A DNA stretch of 64,000 bases from Candidatus Bathyarchaeota archaeon (GCA_963806535.1 CAWDYC010000007.1:1-64000), one strand, 5' to 3'. Shown: positions 9,764-20,167, numbered from the stretch's first letter. Numbers and translations: made by a program. Notes: a model not told the origin generated them from the sequence alone.

Positions 9764-9900
9764 AGGTTGCTATAGTTTAGACTGCTTAAAAAGACTTCAC
9801 CCAACAATTACACTTAAAACCGTAAAGCAAAAGAACTTCTATACACCAACCTTTCGTTACCAACACAGGTCAATTAACAGCTCGGACGTCAAGAATTGAA

Positions 9901-10575
9901 ATGAACACAAAAACCAAGAGAATCGCAGCAGTTATCATAGCTATTCTAATTTTGACTTTAAGTTTAATAGTAGTCTTTTCACAAAATCTTGCAAGTACAA
10001 GTGGCGATAGCAAATTAGCGCGTGTAGCATGCCTTGGTGATAGTATCACTGAGTTGACAGGGTATCCAGAATATCTGCAAAAGCTGATGGGTAATGCATC
10101 AGTTGTATGCAATTTTGGTTTTAGTGGTTCCACTGTAATTTTCAACACAAGTGAACCATATTATTTTAACCACGAATTCAAAAATGCCAAATATTTTGAG
10201 CCGACGACCGTTATTATAATGCTTGGAACTAACGATGCTCATCCGGACGTTTACAGCCAAATCAGTGCTTTCGTACCAAATTATGTGACATTAATACGAA
10301 GCATACAGGCAATAAGCAGCAAACCCCAAATTTTTCTGGTGGAGCCGCCGCCAATATTCAACAACACCCTCGGAGTAGGCATCGATGGCTATTTGCAAGG
10401 TGTAATCCCCAGCATAAAAGAAGTGGCAAATCAAACTGGCTTACCTATAATAGATGTTTACACACCTTTGATTAACCATCCTGAATATTTTACCGATGGC
10501 CTCCACCCAAACGGTGACGGTGCTAAAATAATTGCCAACACAATTTATGCGGCAATCACTTCAAATTCATCATAG
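9901..10575 (+). CDS. Membrane-anchored SGNH/GDSL esterase
   Basis: N-terminal TM, CLGDSIT, NFG.SG, MLGTND, DGLHPN. Confidence 0.9.
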   Translation: MNTKTKRIAAVIIAILILTLSLIVVFSQNLASTSGDSKLARVACLGDSITELTGYPEYLQKLMGNASVVCNFGFSGSTVIFNTSEPYYFNHEFKNAKYFEPTTVIIMLGTNDAHPDVYSQISAFVPNYVTLIRSIQAISSKPQIFLVEPPPIFNNTLGVGIDGYLQGVIPSIKEVANQTGLPIIDVYTPLINHPEYFTDGLHPNGDGAKIIANTIYAAITSNSS

Positions 10576-10579
10576 ATTG

Positions 10580-11659
10580 TTATCCTATCAGTTTTTTGAG
10601 GACAGGCACTTTCTTCATTAATAAAACTAAACCTAAAGTAATGAAAAAAGTCAGCACCGCAAGCAATGGAATTTCAATAATAGGGTTTAACGTGGTAAAA
10701 CTTAGTTTGAATCCTAGCAAACCTCTCTCGAATGTCTCTAAAATTATTACATGAAACAAGAAAATAGGCAGAGTGTTTTTGCTGATGGCTCGAACAACTT
10801 TGCTAGATGTCTTGTGGTTAGCTCCAGGCCAATCTGGACGAAACTTTAGCAGAATCAAAAATAAAGCAGCAGACCCTAAAATTGCGGGTATTGTGAGGTA
10901 ATCAAAAGAGTAGCTGCCTTCCCCTATGAAGTTTAATGGATAGTTCAATACCCATATGCCAAATATTGTGGCGACAAAACTTGCGATTAACAATCCATAC
11001 AGTAGGGAGGAGCGCAACTTTATTTTCTGCAGGTATGTGCCTAATACAAAGAATCCGGTGAAACCGCCGAGAAGGAAGACCCTATTGTCCAAGGTATAAC
11101 CGACGGCCAATTGTATAAGAGGCACGATTGTAACGCCTGCAAACCAAAGACCAATTAAGTAACGAATAACCCGCTGATTTCCACTAGCTATTACCACCCT
11201 CAAAATTGGCGTTATCAAATAAAGACCAGCGATAAGATAAATAAACCAAAACTGGTAGTCGGCGCCAGTAAGCAAATCCCTCAGTATTCCTTGACCGATA
11301 TTGCTCAATGTTACCGGTAAATGGCTGAGGTAAAAACCCCACGCGAGATAAACCATGCTCCAAAACGCAAAAGCCACCCCTAGACGACTTAAACGCTTCT
11401 TAAGAAAAACACGTATAGGTTCATTGAGTTTGGCTGGCTGGAGCAAAAATGCCCCGCTTAACATGACAAATAATGCAACGCATGAAAGCGCCAAGCTTTT
11501 GTAAACCGCTGCGGTCCACCAATAAGATACGGGCACAGAAGAGGCTTGTAGTGCTTCATTTGATGCGTGAAGCAATATGACCAAAAAAATGGCTAAGGTG
11601 CGGATAAGATGGTCTGGAATTGCAAGCCTCTTATTTGTATCTAAACTCTGCCCTTCCAA
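10580..11659 (-). CDS. Acyltransferase family 3 (WecH-like O-acyltransferase)
   Basis: IR.LAIFLVILLH, V.LFVMLSGAFLL, FWFIYL..GLYL.TP, IFLFH; about 10 TMs. Confidence 0.85.
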   Translation of the reverse strand: MEGQSLDTNKRLAIPDHLIRTLAIFLVILLHASNEALQASSVPVSYWWTAAVYKSLALSCVALFVMLSGAFLLQPAKLNEPIRVFLKKRLSRLGVAFAFWSMVYLAWGFYLSHLPVTLSNIGQGILRDLLTGADYQFWFIYLIAGLYLITPILRVVIASGNQRVIRYLIGLWFAGVTIVPLIQLAVGYTLDNRVFLLGGFTGFFVLGTYLQKIKLRSSLLYGLLIASFVATIFGIWVLNYPLNFIGEGSYSFDYLTIPAILGSAALFLILLKFRPDWPGANHKTSSKVVRAISKNTLPIFLFHVIILETFERGLLGFKLSFTTLNPIIEIPLLAVLTFFITLGLVLLMKKVPVLKKLIG

Positions 11660-11881
11660 TTAAAAGCGCCCTATAGCGTGATATAGAGTATTTGCCTAGG
11701 AAATAACTTATAAAAGTACTTGTTTGTTGCAGAAAATTGATTTGAAATGATTAAAGTTGAAAAGTAATTTTTCATTCGGAATTTTAATTAATCTGCATAA
11801 TTGGTCGTAGCGAATTTTTGCATATCTTAAGGTAATTACGTTAACCCTTATTAGCAAAAAGGAGTAAAATGTAGATGTATT

Positions 11882-12961
11882 ATGCAGCAGGGAAAGAAGT
11901 TGAATCAAGAGAGAGGACTTTCTATTCCCGTTGACCTTATTCGAACAATAGCTATAGTTGGCGTAATTTTGCTTCATGCTGCAAATGATTTAACTATTCA
12001 ACAAATGGGTCAATTTGAAATCGTTCGTTGGGTGACTGTTGATATTTACCAAAGTTTGGGGCGAATAGGGGTTCCATTGTTTGTGATGTTAACTGGTGCT
12101 CTTCTGCTTCAACCTTCAAAAAATGAAAGCATCAATGTTTTTTTCAAGAAAAGATGGGCTAGAATAGGGCTACCGTTCATCTTCTGGGGAGCAGCTTATT
12201 TTGCATATGACTTTTTCGTTTTACATCAAGCAATTACTACAAGCGCAATCGTTCAAGGTATACTAACGGGTCCATACTACCATTTCTGGTACCTTTACAT
12301 GCTGGCAGGACTGTATCTTCTAACGCCGATCCTTCGCATACTGGTAGCTAATGCAGACAACAAGATAATGAAATACTTCACGATACTTTGGTTTCTGGGT
12401 GCATCCATCATACCGTTCGCAGGCTTGCTCACAACATACCATTTAGACAGCAATGTTTTAACAATTACGGGTATGGTAGGCTATTTCATTTTAGGGGCAG
12501 TTCTTCTAAATATAAAAATGCGCCGCTCAATTGTCGTAATGATAATGTCTATTGGAATAGCCCTAACTGTAATTGGCACTTATGCGCTCGCTGCCACTAT
12601 AGGAGGAGTAACAATGTTTTTCTTCCAACAATATCTAAGCCCAACAATGATTCTTGCGTCGGTTATGTTGTTCCTGCTTTTAACCACGCTCAAACCGCCC
12701 GAAGATAACAAAGAAGTCAGTCCGCAGACTAAAGGTAATAAATTTCTCAGAGTAATTAGTCAAAATACGTTGCCGCTATTTTTATTCCACGTAATGATCC
12801 TTGAGTCCCTTCAATCAGGCTACTTCGGTTTCGCAATTAATGGCAATACAATAAATTCGATCATTGGAGTTCCTTTGATAACCGTTGTTACATTGTTCAT
12901 TTGCCTTGCCGTGATCCTTCCGTTGAAGAAGATACCCGTGTTAAAGCAATTGATCGGCTAA
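11882..12961 (+). CDS. Acyltransferase family 3 (WecH-like), paralog of 10580-11659
   Basis: DLIR.IAIVGVILLH, VPLFVMLTGALLL, HFWYLYML.GLYLLTP. Confidence 0.85.
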   Translation: MQQGKKLNQERGLSIPVDLIRTIAIVGVILLHAANDLTIQQMGQFEIVRWVTVDIYQSLGRIGVPLFVMLTGALLLQPSKNESINVFFKKRWARIGLPFIFWGAAYFAYDFFVLHQAITTSAIVQGILTGPYYHFWYLYMLAGLYLLTPILRILVANADNKIMKYFTILWFLGASIIPFAGLLTTYHLDSNVLTITGMVGYFILGAVLLNIKMRRSIVVMIMSIGIALTVIGTYALAATIGGVTMFFFQQYLSPTMILASVMLFLLLTTLKPPEDNKEVSPQTKGNKFLRVISQNTLPLFLFHVMILESLQSGYFGFAINGNTINSIIGVPLITVVTLFICLAVILPLKKIPVLKQLIG

Positions 12962-13056
12962 TGCTCATCTGCTTTTTTGGAGTTAATTGGTTTAAAGGAT
13001 GAAGTATCGATAATAAGATAAGAGAGCTATCGGTAGAGTTCATTAAGTCTTAGGCC

Positions 13057-14406
13057 ATGAGTAATCCCAGACAAGTTAGGAAATATCTTCTTCCAATCTT
13101 GCTGATCCTTATTCTAGCGATTTCCATTGCTGCAACATACAGTTCATATTCAAGCGTAAACACGCCTAAAGCTGACCCAGGCGCTTACATCGGTGTTGCT
13201 TTCGGCGGAAACACCACTCAAGAAGCGAAACTGCTTATTGACAGAGTAAAAAGTTACACGAATCTATTCATCTTGGATTCAGGCAGAAACCCCATCAGCG
13301 AAAACCAAACGACCGTTGAGGAAATTTGCGATTATGCTGTTTCTAAAGGTTTAAGCGTTATTATAAACATGGGAATCAAAGACGTGACTAACCCCGCAGG
13401 TTGGAATTGGTTCTGGCAAGCACAATCTCTTGACGCCATTAAGCAGCGTTGGACCCAGCGTTGGGGCGATAAGTTTCTAGGTGTATACTATAATGACGAA
13501 GTTGGTGGATTACAGTTGGATGCAAATTGGAGAAATTGGTACACACTTTTTGCGCCCCGTCTAAACCAAATAGGAGTGCCGATAGCCAATGACTTGTATG
13601 CCATTTACCTAAAAATGAAAGCTGATGTAGACAACGGCACGTTACCTACAAACTATGACATAGAAGCCAATTTTTTTGTAAATGACGTGATGGGGATGGA
13701 TCCAGGAGTTCAAAATTTAACTGCAGCGAAAATCCCAATGTTCATTTCGGATTACGGTTTGTACTGGTGGGATTACTTGGGCGGATACAGTACCGTGTTT
13801 GCCGAGATAGGAGGGAACCGCACAAGTGTTGCAGAGCAAATAGCGGAAGTAAAAGGTGCAGCGCGAATGCAAAACAAAGATTGGGGAACAATAATCACTT
13901 GGAAATATAACCTACCGCCTTACCTGGAAGGAGGAGACCAAATTTACAATGAAATGTTGACGTCTTACGAAGCAGGTGCCAAATACATCACAATTTTTGA
14001 TTACCCATACAATCAAACTATTTATGGAGGTTTAACGAACAGTCAGTTTCTTGCGCTACAAGGATCCTATAATAACTATGGAGTTTTAACGGACAGTCAG
14101 TTTTCTGCTATGCAAAGATTCTGGAATGACGTAACGACTAAAAAATTCACTGATTTAAGCACTCCAGAAGCCGCGTTGGTGTTGCCTCATAATTTTGGTT
14201 GGGGCATACGCAACCCAAATGATACCATTTGGGGTTTCTGGCTAAGTGATAACAGGACTCTACCGATTGCAATTGACATAAGTCAACTTCTAATCAAGTA
14301 TGGTCCAGTTCTTGACATAGTTTTTGACGATTCAAGATACCCTGTTTCTAATGTGCCCTACCAACATGTTTACTATTGGAATCAAACAATCAATCTGCAA
14401 GGCTAA
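13057..14406 (+). CDS. Secreted/membrane-anchored hypothetical protein, possibly glycoside-hydrolase-like TIM barrel
   Basis: N-terminal TM, FLGVYYNDEVGG, DYGLYWWDY.GGY..VFAE; long ORF. Confidence 0.65.
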   Translation: MSNPRQVRKYLLPILLILILAISIAATYSSYSSVNTPKADPGAYIGVAFGGNTTQEAKLLIDRVKSYTNLFILDSGRNPISENQTTVEEICDYAVSKGLSVIINMGIKDVTNPAGWNWFWQAQSLDAIKQRWTQRWGDKFLGVYYNDEVGGLQLDANWRNWYTLFAPRLNQIGVPIANDLYAIYLKMKADVDNGTLPTNYDIEANFFVNDVMGMDPGVQNLTAAKIPMFISDYGLYWWDYLGGYSTVFAEIGGNRTSVAEQIAEVKGAARMQNKDWGTIITWKYNLPPYLEGGDQIYNEMLTSYEAGAKYITIFDYPYNQTIYGGLTNSQFLALQGSYNNYGVLTDSQFSAMQRFWNDVTTKKFTDLSTPEAALVLPHNFGWGIRNPNDTIWGFWLSDNRTLPIAIDISQLLIKYGPVLDIVFDDSRYPVSNVPYQHVYYWNQTINLQG

Positions 14407-14477
14407 TATTCGCTGTTGTCTTGTTGGAAACGCTTAATTAAGAGCTTATCTTATTGCTGGATACGGATGGATAAAAT

Positions 14478-14849
14478 TTGAGTGACGAAATTTCCAAGTT
14501 ACCGCCTAACGTGCAAGAAAGGCTTCTTAGATTACAACAGTTGCAGCAAACCTTACAATCAATTTTGGCGCAGAAACAACAGGTTGAAATGGAAAAAACA
14601 GAAGTAGAACAAACAATAGCTGAACTTCAGAAAACTGCCGAAGATGCAGTGATTTACAAGGCAATTGGATCATTGTTGGTTAAGGCAGAGAAACCAAAAG
14701 TTACTGAAGATTTAGTTGAGCGAAAAGAGCTTTTGGACACAAGAAGCACTGTTTTGGCAAGGCAAGAAGAAAGAATGCGCAGCCAAATAAAAGAAGCGCA
14801 GACTAAACTCCAAGAAGATCTGAGTCCAGTTTCTCAGCCATCATCTTAA
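14478..14849 (+). CDS. pfdB: Prefoldin beta subunit
   Basis: LPP.VQ..L..LQQLQQ.LQ, IYKAIGSLLVK, coiled coil. Confidence 0.92.
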   Translation: MSDEISKLPPNVQERLLRLQQLQQTLQSILAQKQQVEMEKTEVEQTIAELQKTAEDAVIYKAIGSLLVKAEKPKVTEDLVERKELLDTRSTVLARQEERMRSQIKEAQTKLQEDLSPVSQPSS

Positions 14850-14850
14850 G

Positions 14851-15147
14851 GTGAAGCTTGTGGTAGAGCTGGGAATACCAGACCTAACCACTGAGCAAAT
14901 AGAAACTTTATGTTCAACAGCTGAGAACGCGGCAAGAAAACTTATTCTTTCTAAGGTTTCTTCAAAAATGGTTGATAGATTAGATATTAGTGTTGAAGCT
15001 GCAGGGTCAAAACCAGTAAACGTTACTGTAGAAGTGGACCTTGTCCTGTCGCCCCAATCAGAAGACGTCGATGCAGAAGGGTTGGTTAAGGAAGCCACAA
15101 ATGAAGCTCATAAAGCCATTGAAAAGTATTTGAGAAAAATAAAATGA
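14851..15147 (+). CDS. DUF3194-like small archaeal protein
   Basis: LT.EQIE.L...AE..AR..I pattern; usual position after pfdB. Confidence 0.65.
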   Translation: MKLVVELGIPDLTTEQIETLCSTAENAARKLILSKVSSKMVDRLDISVEAAGSKPVNVTVEVDLVLSPQSEDVDAEGLVKEATNEAHKAIEKYLRKIK

Positions 15148-16142
15148 ACGATTTCCAAAAAATAATTCAAGTTTTAGATCAAACTGATGCGGCTTTTGTT
15201 CTTTTATTATGTCATCGCAGTGCAGATGCTGATGCAATATGTTCAGCTTATGCGTTACAGTGTTTGCTGAAGCGGTTCAAACCCGATGTTGTAACTGAGA
15301 TCGGCTGCCCTCAAGGCGTAAACAAACCATCTAAAGTCCTTCTCGAACATATGCCCATCACAGTAAATCTTAAGCCCAACATTGAATCAGCAGATGTAAT
15401 AGTGCTTTTAGACCTAAACACAATTGACCAGCTTGACGAAGTAGCAGAAGTGATTAAGAAATCTAAAGCGCCAAAAATTATAATTGATCATCATTATCCA
15501 AATCCAGAAACAACAAAAATCTGTCAAGCATGCGTTATCGATGAGAAAGCAGCAGCCAACTGCGAAATAGTCTACAGGCTTTATGTGCAAGCTAAAGCGA
15601 AGCCTAACATCAATGAAGCTAAAGCCTTGTTTATCGGTATAGCTTTTGACACTCGTCATTTTGCGTTGGCAAGCTCAGCTACTTTACAAATTATCGGTAA
15701 ATTAGTTACTTTAGGGATAGATGCCCAGGAGACATTGGCGACGTTTGCCCTGCCCATTGATACTTCTGAGCGGTTAGCTAAGTTGAAAACTTGCAAAAGA
15801 GCCAAAATAATACGAATCAATGAGTGGATAATTGCACTGTCTCATGTTAGTGCTTATCAAGCGTCAGGAGCTAAAGCCCTAGTTGATTTAGGGGCTCATA
15901 TGTCAGCTGTTGCAGGCTTGAAAAATGGAAAAATCGAGATGAGCCTGCGTAGCTCTCGCCAGTTCATGGAAGAAACAGGCATTAATCTTGGAAAAGACAT
16001 TGCGACGCCACTCGGCGAGTGGTTGCAGGGAGTCGGCGGAGGACACGCAATGGCAGCGGGAGTAAGCGGAACAGGCGAAATAGAACCAACACTAAAACAG
16101 TGTCTTGTGCTATTAAAAAAGAAAATATCCAAAAAAGCGTAG
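15144..16142 (+). CDS. DHH family phosphoesterase
   Basis: H..ADADA, IIIDHH, GIAFDT, GGGHAMAAG. Confidence 0.9.
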   Translation: MNDFQKIIQVLDQTDAAFVLLLCHRSADADAICSAYALQCLLKRFKPDVVTEIGCPQGVNKPSKVLLEHMPITVNLKPNIESADVIVLLDLNTIDQLDEVAEVIKKSKAPKIIIDHHYPNPETTKICQACVIDEKAAANCEIVYRLYVQAKAKPNINEAKALFIGIAFDTRHFALASSATLQIIGKLVTLGIDAQETLATFALPIDTSERLAKLKTCKRAKIIRINEWIIALSHVSAYQASGAKALVDLGAHMSAVAGLKNGKIEMSLRSSRQFMEETGINLGKDIATPLGEWLQGVGGGHAMAAGVSGTGEIEPTLKQCLVLLKKKISKKA

Positions 16143-16192
16143 CTACCCTTAAATGAGAAAACTCTCACGCTTATGGTTAGCAGGCACAAAAA

Positions 16193-17044
16193 TTGGCTAT
16201 AATCGAAACAAAAAACCTCACCTACACCTATCCTGGCGCATCCAAACCATCAATTTTAGATGTTTCCTTTAAAGTAGAGAAAGGCGAGTTTGTTCTAATT
16301 ACTGGGCCAAGCGGCTGCGGCAAAACAACCTTGTGCAGATGCTTCAACGGGTTAGTACCGCACTTCTATCAAGGCGAGTTAAAAGGCGAAATCTCGGTTG
16401 CAGGTGTAGATCCGCTTAAATGTCACACTTACGAGATGGCGAAGCATGTCGGCTTGGTTTTCCAGAACCCAGAAAACCAGCTGTTTGCACTTTCCGTTGA
16501 AAAAGACGTTGCTTTTGGTCTTGAAAACGTCGGGGTGCCCAGAGAAGAAATTCGAAAAAAGGTTGATTATGCTTTAAATCTAACAGGCATTTATGATTTA
16601 CGTGAACGTTCTCCTCACGAGATTTCAGGAGGACAACAACAACGAGTTGCAATAGCATCAGTTTTAGCGATGGAACCCGAAATCATTGTTTTGGATGAGC
16701 CAACTTCTTTTCTTGACCCGTTAAGTGCAGAAAAAATTTTTGAAGTAATTAACGATTTAAACAAGAAACAAGGAATAACCGTAATCCTTGTGGAGCACCG
16801 GCTGGATTTAACAGCGAAATACACAAATCACCTTATTGTAATGGACAAAGGAACAGTTCGTTTCGAAGGAAACCCAAGAGAAATTCTTGCAGCAGATGAA
16901 ACACGTTTAATGGGTGTTGGGATCCCAAAAGCAACCTTGCTTTACCAAATGTTGAAAAAGGACGGCTTAAACCTTAGCGACACAACACCTTTGTCTTCTG
17001 AAGAATTAGCCGACCAACTGCTGGAGGCTCTTAAACCCGAATGA
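16193..17044 (+). CDS. ecfA1: ECF transporter ATPase A
   Basis: GPSGCGKTT, FQNPENQ, ISGGQQQR, LDEPT. Confidence 0.9.
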   Translation: MAIIETKNLTYTYPGASKPSILDVSFKVEKGEFVLITGPSGCGKTTLCRCFNGLVPHFYQGELKGEISVAGVDPLKCHTYEMAKHVGLVFQNPENQLFALSVEKDVAFGLENVGVPREEIRKKVDYALNLTGIYDLRERSPHEISGGQQQRVAIASVLAMEPEIIVLDEPTSFLDPLSAEKIFEVINDLNKKQGITVILVEHRLDLTAKYTNHLIVMDKGTVRFEGNPREILAADETRLMGVGIPKATLLYQMLKKDGLNLSDTTPLSSEELADQLLEALKPE

Positions 17045-17868
17045 TTGAAGCAGAAAACGTTCACTACTCTTACCCCAACAAAGTGGAAGCGCTAAAGGGC
17101 GTCTCAATCACCATAAAAGACGGCGAATTCGTCGCAATCATGGGACAAAACGGCGCGGGAAAATCAACATTCGTTAAGCATTTCAATGGTCTATTGAAGC
17201 CCTCAACTGGAACAGTAAGGGCAGATGGAGTAGTAACAACTAAAACAAGTGTAGCGACTCTAGCCAGAAATGTCGGTTTTGTTTTTCAAAACCCAGATCA
17301 CCAATTATTCAGCGAAACAGTGGAAGACGAAATTGCATTTGCACTTAAAAACTTTGGATTTAAACCACAAGTAATTGAAGAGCGAATTACATGGGCGTTG
17401 AATCTTTTATCTTTAACTCAATACCGCAAGACCTCACCTTTCCTTCTTAGCGGCGGAGAACGGAAACGAGTTGCTTTAGCTTCCGTTTTGGCTTGGGACC
17501 CTAAAACATTGATTTTAGACGAACCTACTATTGGACAAGATCATGAACAGAAAGAAATTCTTCGCCAATTTATTTTGCAACTTCAAACTCAGGGAAAAAC
17601 AGTTGTTATTGTCACTCATGATGTAGAATTTGTGGCGGAAAGCAACCCACGGGTTGTTTTAATGAAAGAAGGCAAAATTGTGGCTGACGGTATAGGAAAA
17701 GATATCCTTACAGACCCCGCTCTGCTAGAAATGTCGTCTATTGTTCTGCCTCAGATTGCGCAATTATTCATGAAACTTTCGCCTCTAGGGCTTCCCAAAA
17801 ACATCATTGACATTTACGAAGCTAAAGAAATAATTTTGAAAGCCAAGGAGAGCAAAAATTCGAAATGA
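17041..17868 (+). CDS. ecfA2: ECF transporter ATPase A'
   Basis: GQNGAGKST, FQNPDHQ, LSGGERKR, LDEPT. Confidence 0.9.
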   Translation: MIEAENVHYSYPNKVEALKGVSITIKDGEFVAIMGQNGAGKSTFVKHFNGLLKPSTGTVRADGVVTTKTSVATLARNVGFVFQNPDHQLFSETVEDEIAFALKNFGFKPQVIEERITWALNLLSLTQYRKTSPFLLSGGERKRVALASVLAWDPKTLILDEPTIGQDHEQKEILRQFILQLQTQGKTVVIVTHDVEFVAESNPRVVLMKEGKIVADGIGKDILTDPALLEMSSIVLPQIAQLFMKLSPLGLPKNIIDIYEAKEIILKAKESKNSK

Positions 17869-18647
17869 GTGTTTTTGACGGATTAAGGTTTAGGAAAGTT
17901 TACTCTCCGATTCACAATTTAGACCCAAGAATAAAATTCGTCTACGTAATTTCAATTTTCGTTGTTGCCATTTTATTCTCACAAATTATACCGTTGCTTC
18001 TACTTTTTCTCTTGCAAGTTCCTTTTGTTTTGTTAGCAAGAGTTCAGAGACAGTGGCTTCGTTCACTGCGAGGAGCATCTTTTTTGGCGGCGCTCATTTT
18101 CGTTATCAATGTTGGGACAACCTATTTCACTTCAGGCTATACAATATCGGCTCTAAGCATAGAGAATGCTGCCTCGCTTACACTTCGTTTCGTAGTGCTC
18201 GTTGAGTCCTTCTCAGTTTTCTTCCTCACCACTTCCCCAGACCATTTAGGCTTAGCTTTGGAAGAATCGCGAGTGCCCTACGAGTTTGCTTTCGCCTTCA
18301 CCACTGCAGTCAGGTTTGTCCCAGTTCTAGCGGAGGAAGCCCAGACAATTATGGATGCACAAAAAGCCAGAGGACTTGAACTAGAAAAGGGCGGCTTACT
18401 TAAGAGAATTAGAAATTATGTGCCCGTTCTGATTCCCCTGATTGTTAGTGCTATACGAAGAAGTTTGGAGTTGGCAGAGGCTATGGAGTCTCGAGCCTGG
18501 GGAGCAACAAAAAAACGCACCAACCTGTATGCGTTAAAACTTCATCGCGGAGATTACGCTTTACTCGCAATCAGTGTCGGAATTTTAGCAATAGCCGTTT
18601 ATATACATTTTTTTGTGTCGGTTCCAACTATAATCAGTTTAATATAA
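17865..18647 (+). CDS. ecfT: ECF transporter transmembrane component T
   Basis: LDPRIK, RFVP.L..EA..I.DAQKARG, AEAMESRA. Confidence 0.9.
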   Translation: MSVFDGLRFRKVYSPIHNLDPRIKFVYVISIFVVAILFSQIIPLLLLFLLQVPFVLLARVQRQWLRSLRGASFLAALIFVINVGTTYFTSGYTISALSIENAASLTLRFVVLVESFSVFFLTTSPDHLGLALEESRVPYEFAFAFTTAVRFVPVLAEEAQTIMDAQKARGLELEKGGLLKRIRNYVPVLIPLIVSAIRRSLELAEAMESRAWGATKKRTNLYALKLHRGDYALLAISVGILAIAVYIHFFVSVPTIISLI

Positions 18648-18800
18648 GATTAAATATTACCTACGAATGTCGGAGTTGGGATAAAATCTATTTCAAATAG
18701 CCGAGCACATAATTTGATGTCGGCTATTTTCCTTAATTGAAACAAAAAAAAGCTTAAGAATACCAGTTTTTCCTTACTTTCGGAGCTACTATGCTTGAGC

Positions 18801-19223
18801 ATGCAACTGATTGATTCCTTTACAATAACATTGTCGGTTGTTGCAGTATTCTTACTAGTCTTGGGATTACCTCTTGTCAAGGGAATAAACACTAAAAAGA
18901 ACCTGATAAGGCACGGAATCTTGACGATTGTAGCATTAGCACTCCAAGCGGTTTTGATTTTTGTAATTATGGTTCCTTCTTTTGTGAATCATTTTGGTGA
19001 GATTGTTTCTCTCCAGAAAATGTTTTCTTTTAACATATGGCTTCACGTTATTTTAGGATTATTGGCTTTCATTTCAGGATTAGCGTACGTAGCTTTGTAG
19101 TTAACGTTTTATTCATCCGGAATGAGATGTGCAAGAGCAAAAAAATACATGATGCCAACATTGATAATTTGGATAATAGCGGTAATTAACGGAGCTCTAA
19201 TTTTCCTGTTACAAATGATTTGA
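18801..19223 (+). CDS. DUF420-like four-TM membrane protein interrupted by an in-frame TAG at 19098-19100
   Basis: RHG, MVPSF, WLHVILG. The frame continues after the TAG as LTFYSSGMRCARAKKYMMPTLIIWIIAVINGALIFLLQMI*. Confidence 0.55.
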
Positions 19224-19291
19224 TATTAATCTTGCTTCTTAAAAGGGGAAAACGATATTGACAACTTATTCCTCACTTATGGCTGAATAAA

Positions 19292-20167
19292 ATGACAGAG
19301 CAAACTCGTTTTGGTCCAGCAGGAGTGCCGCCGATGTTTAGGCTTATGGGAGCAACAACATTTGATACCCCGAAACTTCTGCGTGAAGAGGACTTGGACG
19401 CTTTTGAGTACGAAGCAGTTCAGTGGGGTCAAAAACCACAGATAAAACAAGAACATGCCCAAAAACTCCGCGAAGAAACAAGAAAAAACGATGTAAAGCT
19501 CAGCATGCACGGCTCGTATTACATTAACTTGGCAGGCAAGAAGGAGGTTGTAGAAGCAAGTAAACGCCGCTTGATTGCTTGTGCAACAGCTGCCGACTGG
19601 ATGGGAGCATACGTCTTAGTTTTTCATGTCGGTTTTTATGGACTTTTTGAAAAAGAGTTTGCATTCAAAACCTGTCTTGATGCAATCAAAGAAGTTAAGG
19701 CTGAAATGCAGAGCCTTGGTTTGAAGGTGAAGTTGGGTCCTGAAACTATGGGAAGAAAATTTCAAGTCGGCAGCCTAGACGAAATTTTAACCATCAACGA
19801 GCAAGTAGAGGGCACCCAACTTGTAATCGATTGGGGACACCTGCACGCAAGAGGACTTGGCGCTTTAAAGAAGGTTGAGGATTTTCGGGTAATAGCTGAA
19901 AAAGTTGAGCAGCAGCTTGGAACTGAAGCCCTCAGAAATATGCATTGCCACTTCTCAGCTATCGAGTTTAACAATCAAGGAGAAAAAGAGCATCATACGC
20001 TTGACGAGAAAAGGTATGGACCAGACTTCCGCATGCTAGCCCAAGTAATCGCCGACTTCCAAATGCATCCCACAATGATATGCGAAACACCAAATCTCGA
20101 CGTAGACGCAAAAAAAATGAAGTCCACGCTCAAAGAAGTACTGGAAAGCAAGCCGCAAAAACTGTAA
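19292..20167 (+). CDS. nfo: Endonuclease IV-like TIM-barrel (AP endonuclease family 2)
   Basis: RFGPAG, SMHGSYYINL, FHVG, GPETMG, IDWGHLHAR, HCHFS, EHH, ICETP. Confidence 0.85.
   Translation: MTEQTRFGPAGVPPMFRLMGATTFDTPKLLREEDLDAFEYEAVQWGQKPQIKQEHAQKLREETRKNDVKLSMHGSYYINLAGKKEVVEASKRRLIACATAADWMGAYVLVFHVGFYGLFEKEFAFKTCLDAIKEVKAEMQSLGLKVKLGPETMGRKFQVGSLDEILTINEQVEGTQLVIDWGHLHARGLGALKKVEDFRVIAEKVEQQLGTEALRNMHCHFSAIEFNNQGEKEHHTLDEKRYGPDFRMLAQVIADFQMHPTMICETPNLDVDAKKMKSTLKEVLESKPQKL

Noticed and set aside
3352-19100. Genome-wide amber recoding suggested by three in-frame TAGs (3352, 7693, 19098)
   Set aside because: Two are in clear pseudogenes, and TAG terminates many intact genes here (e.g. 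643, 5653, 10575).
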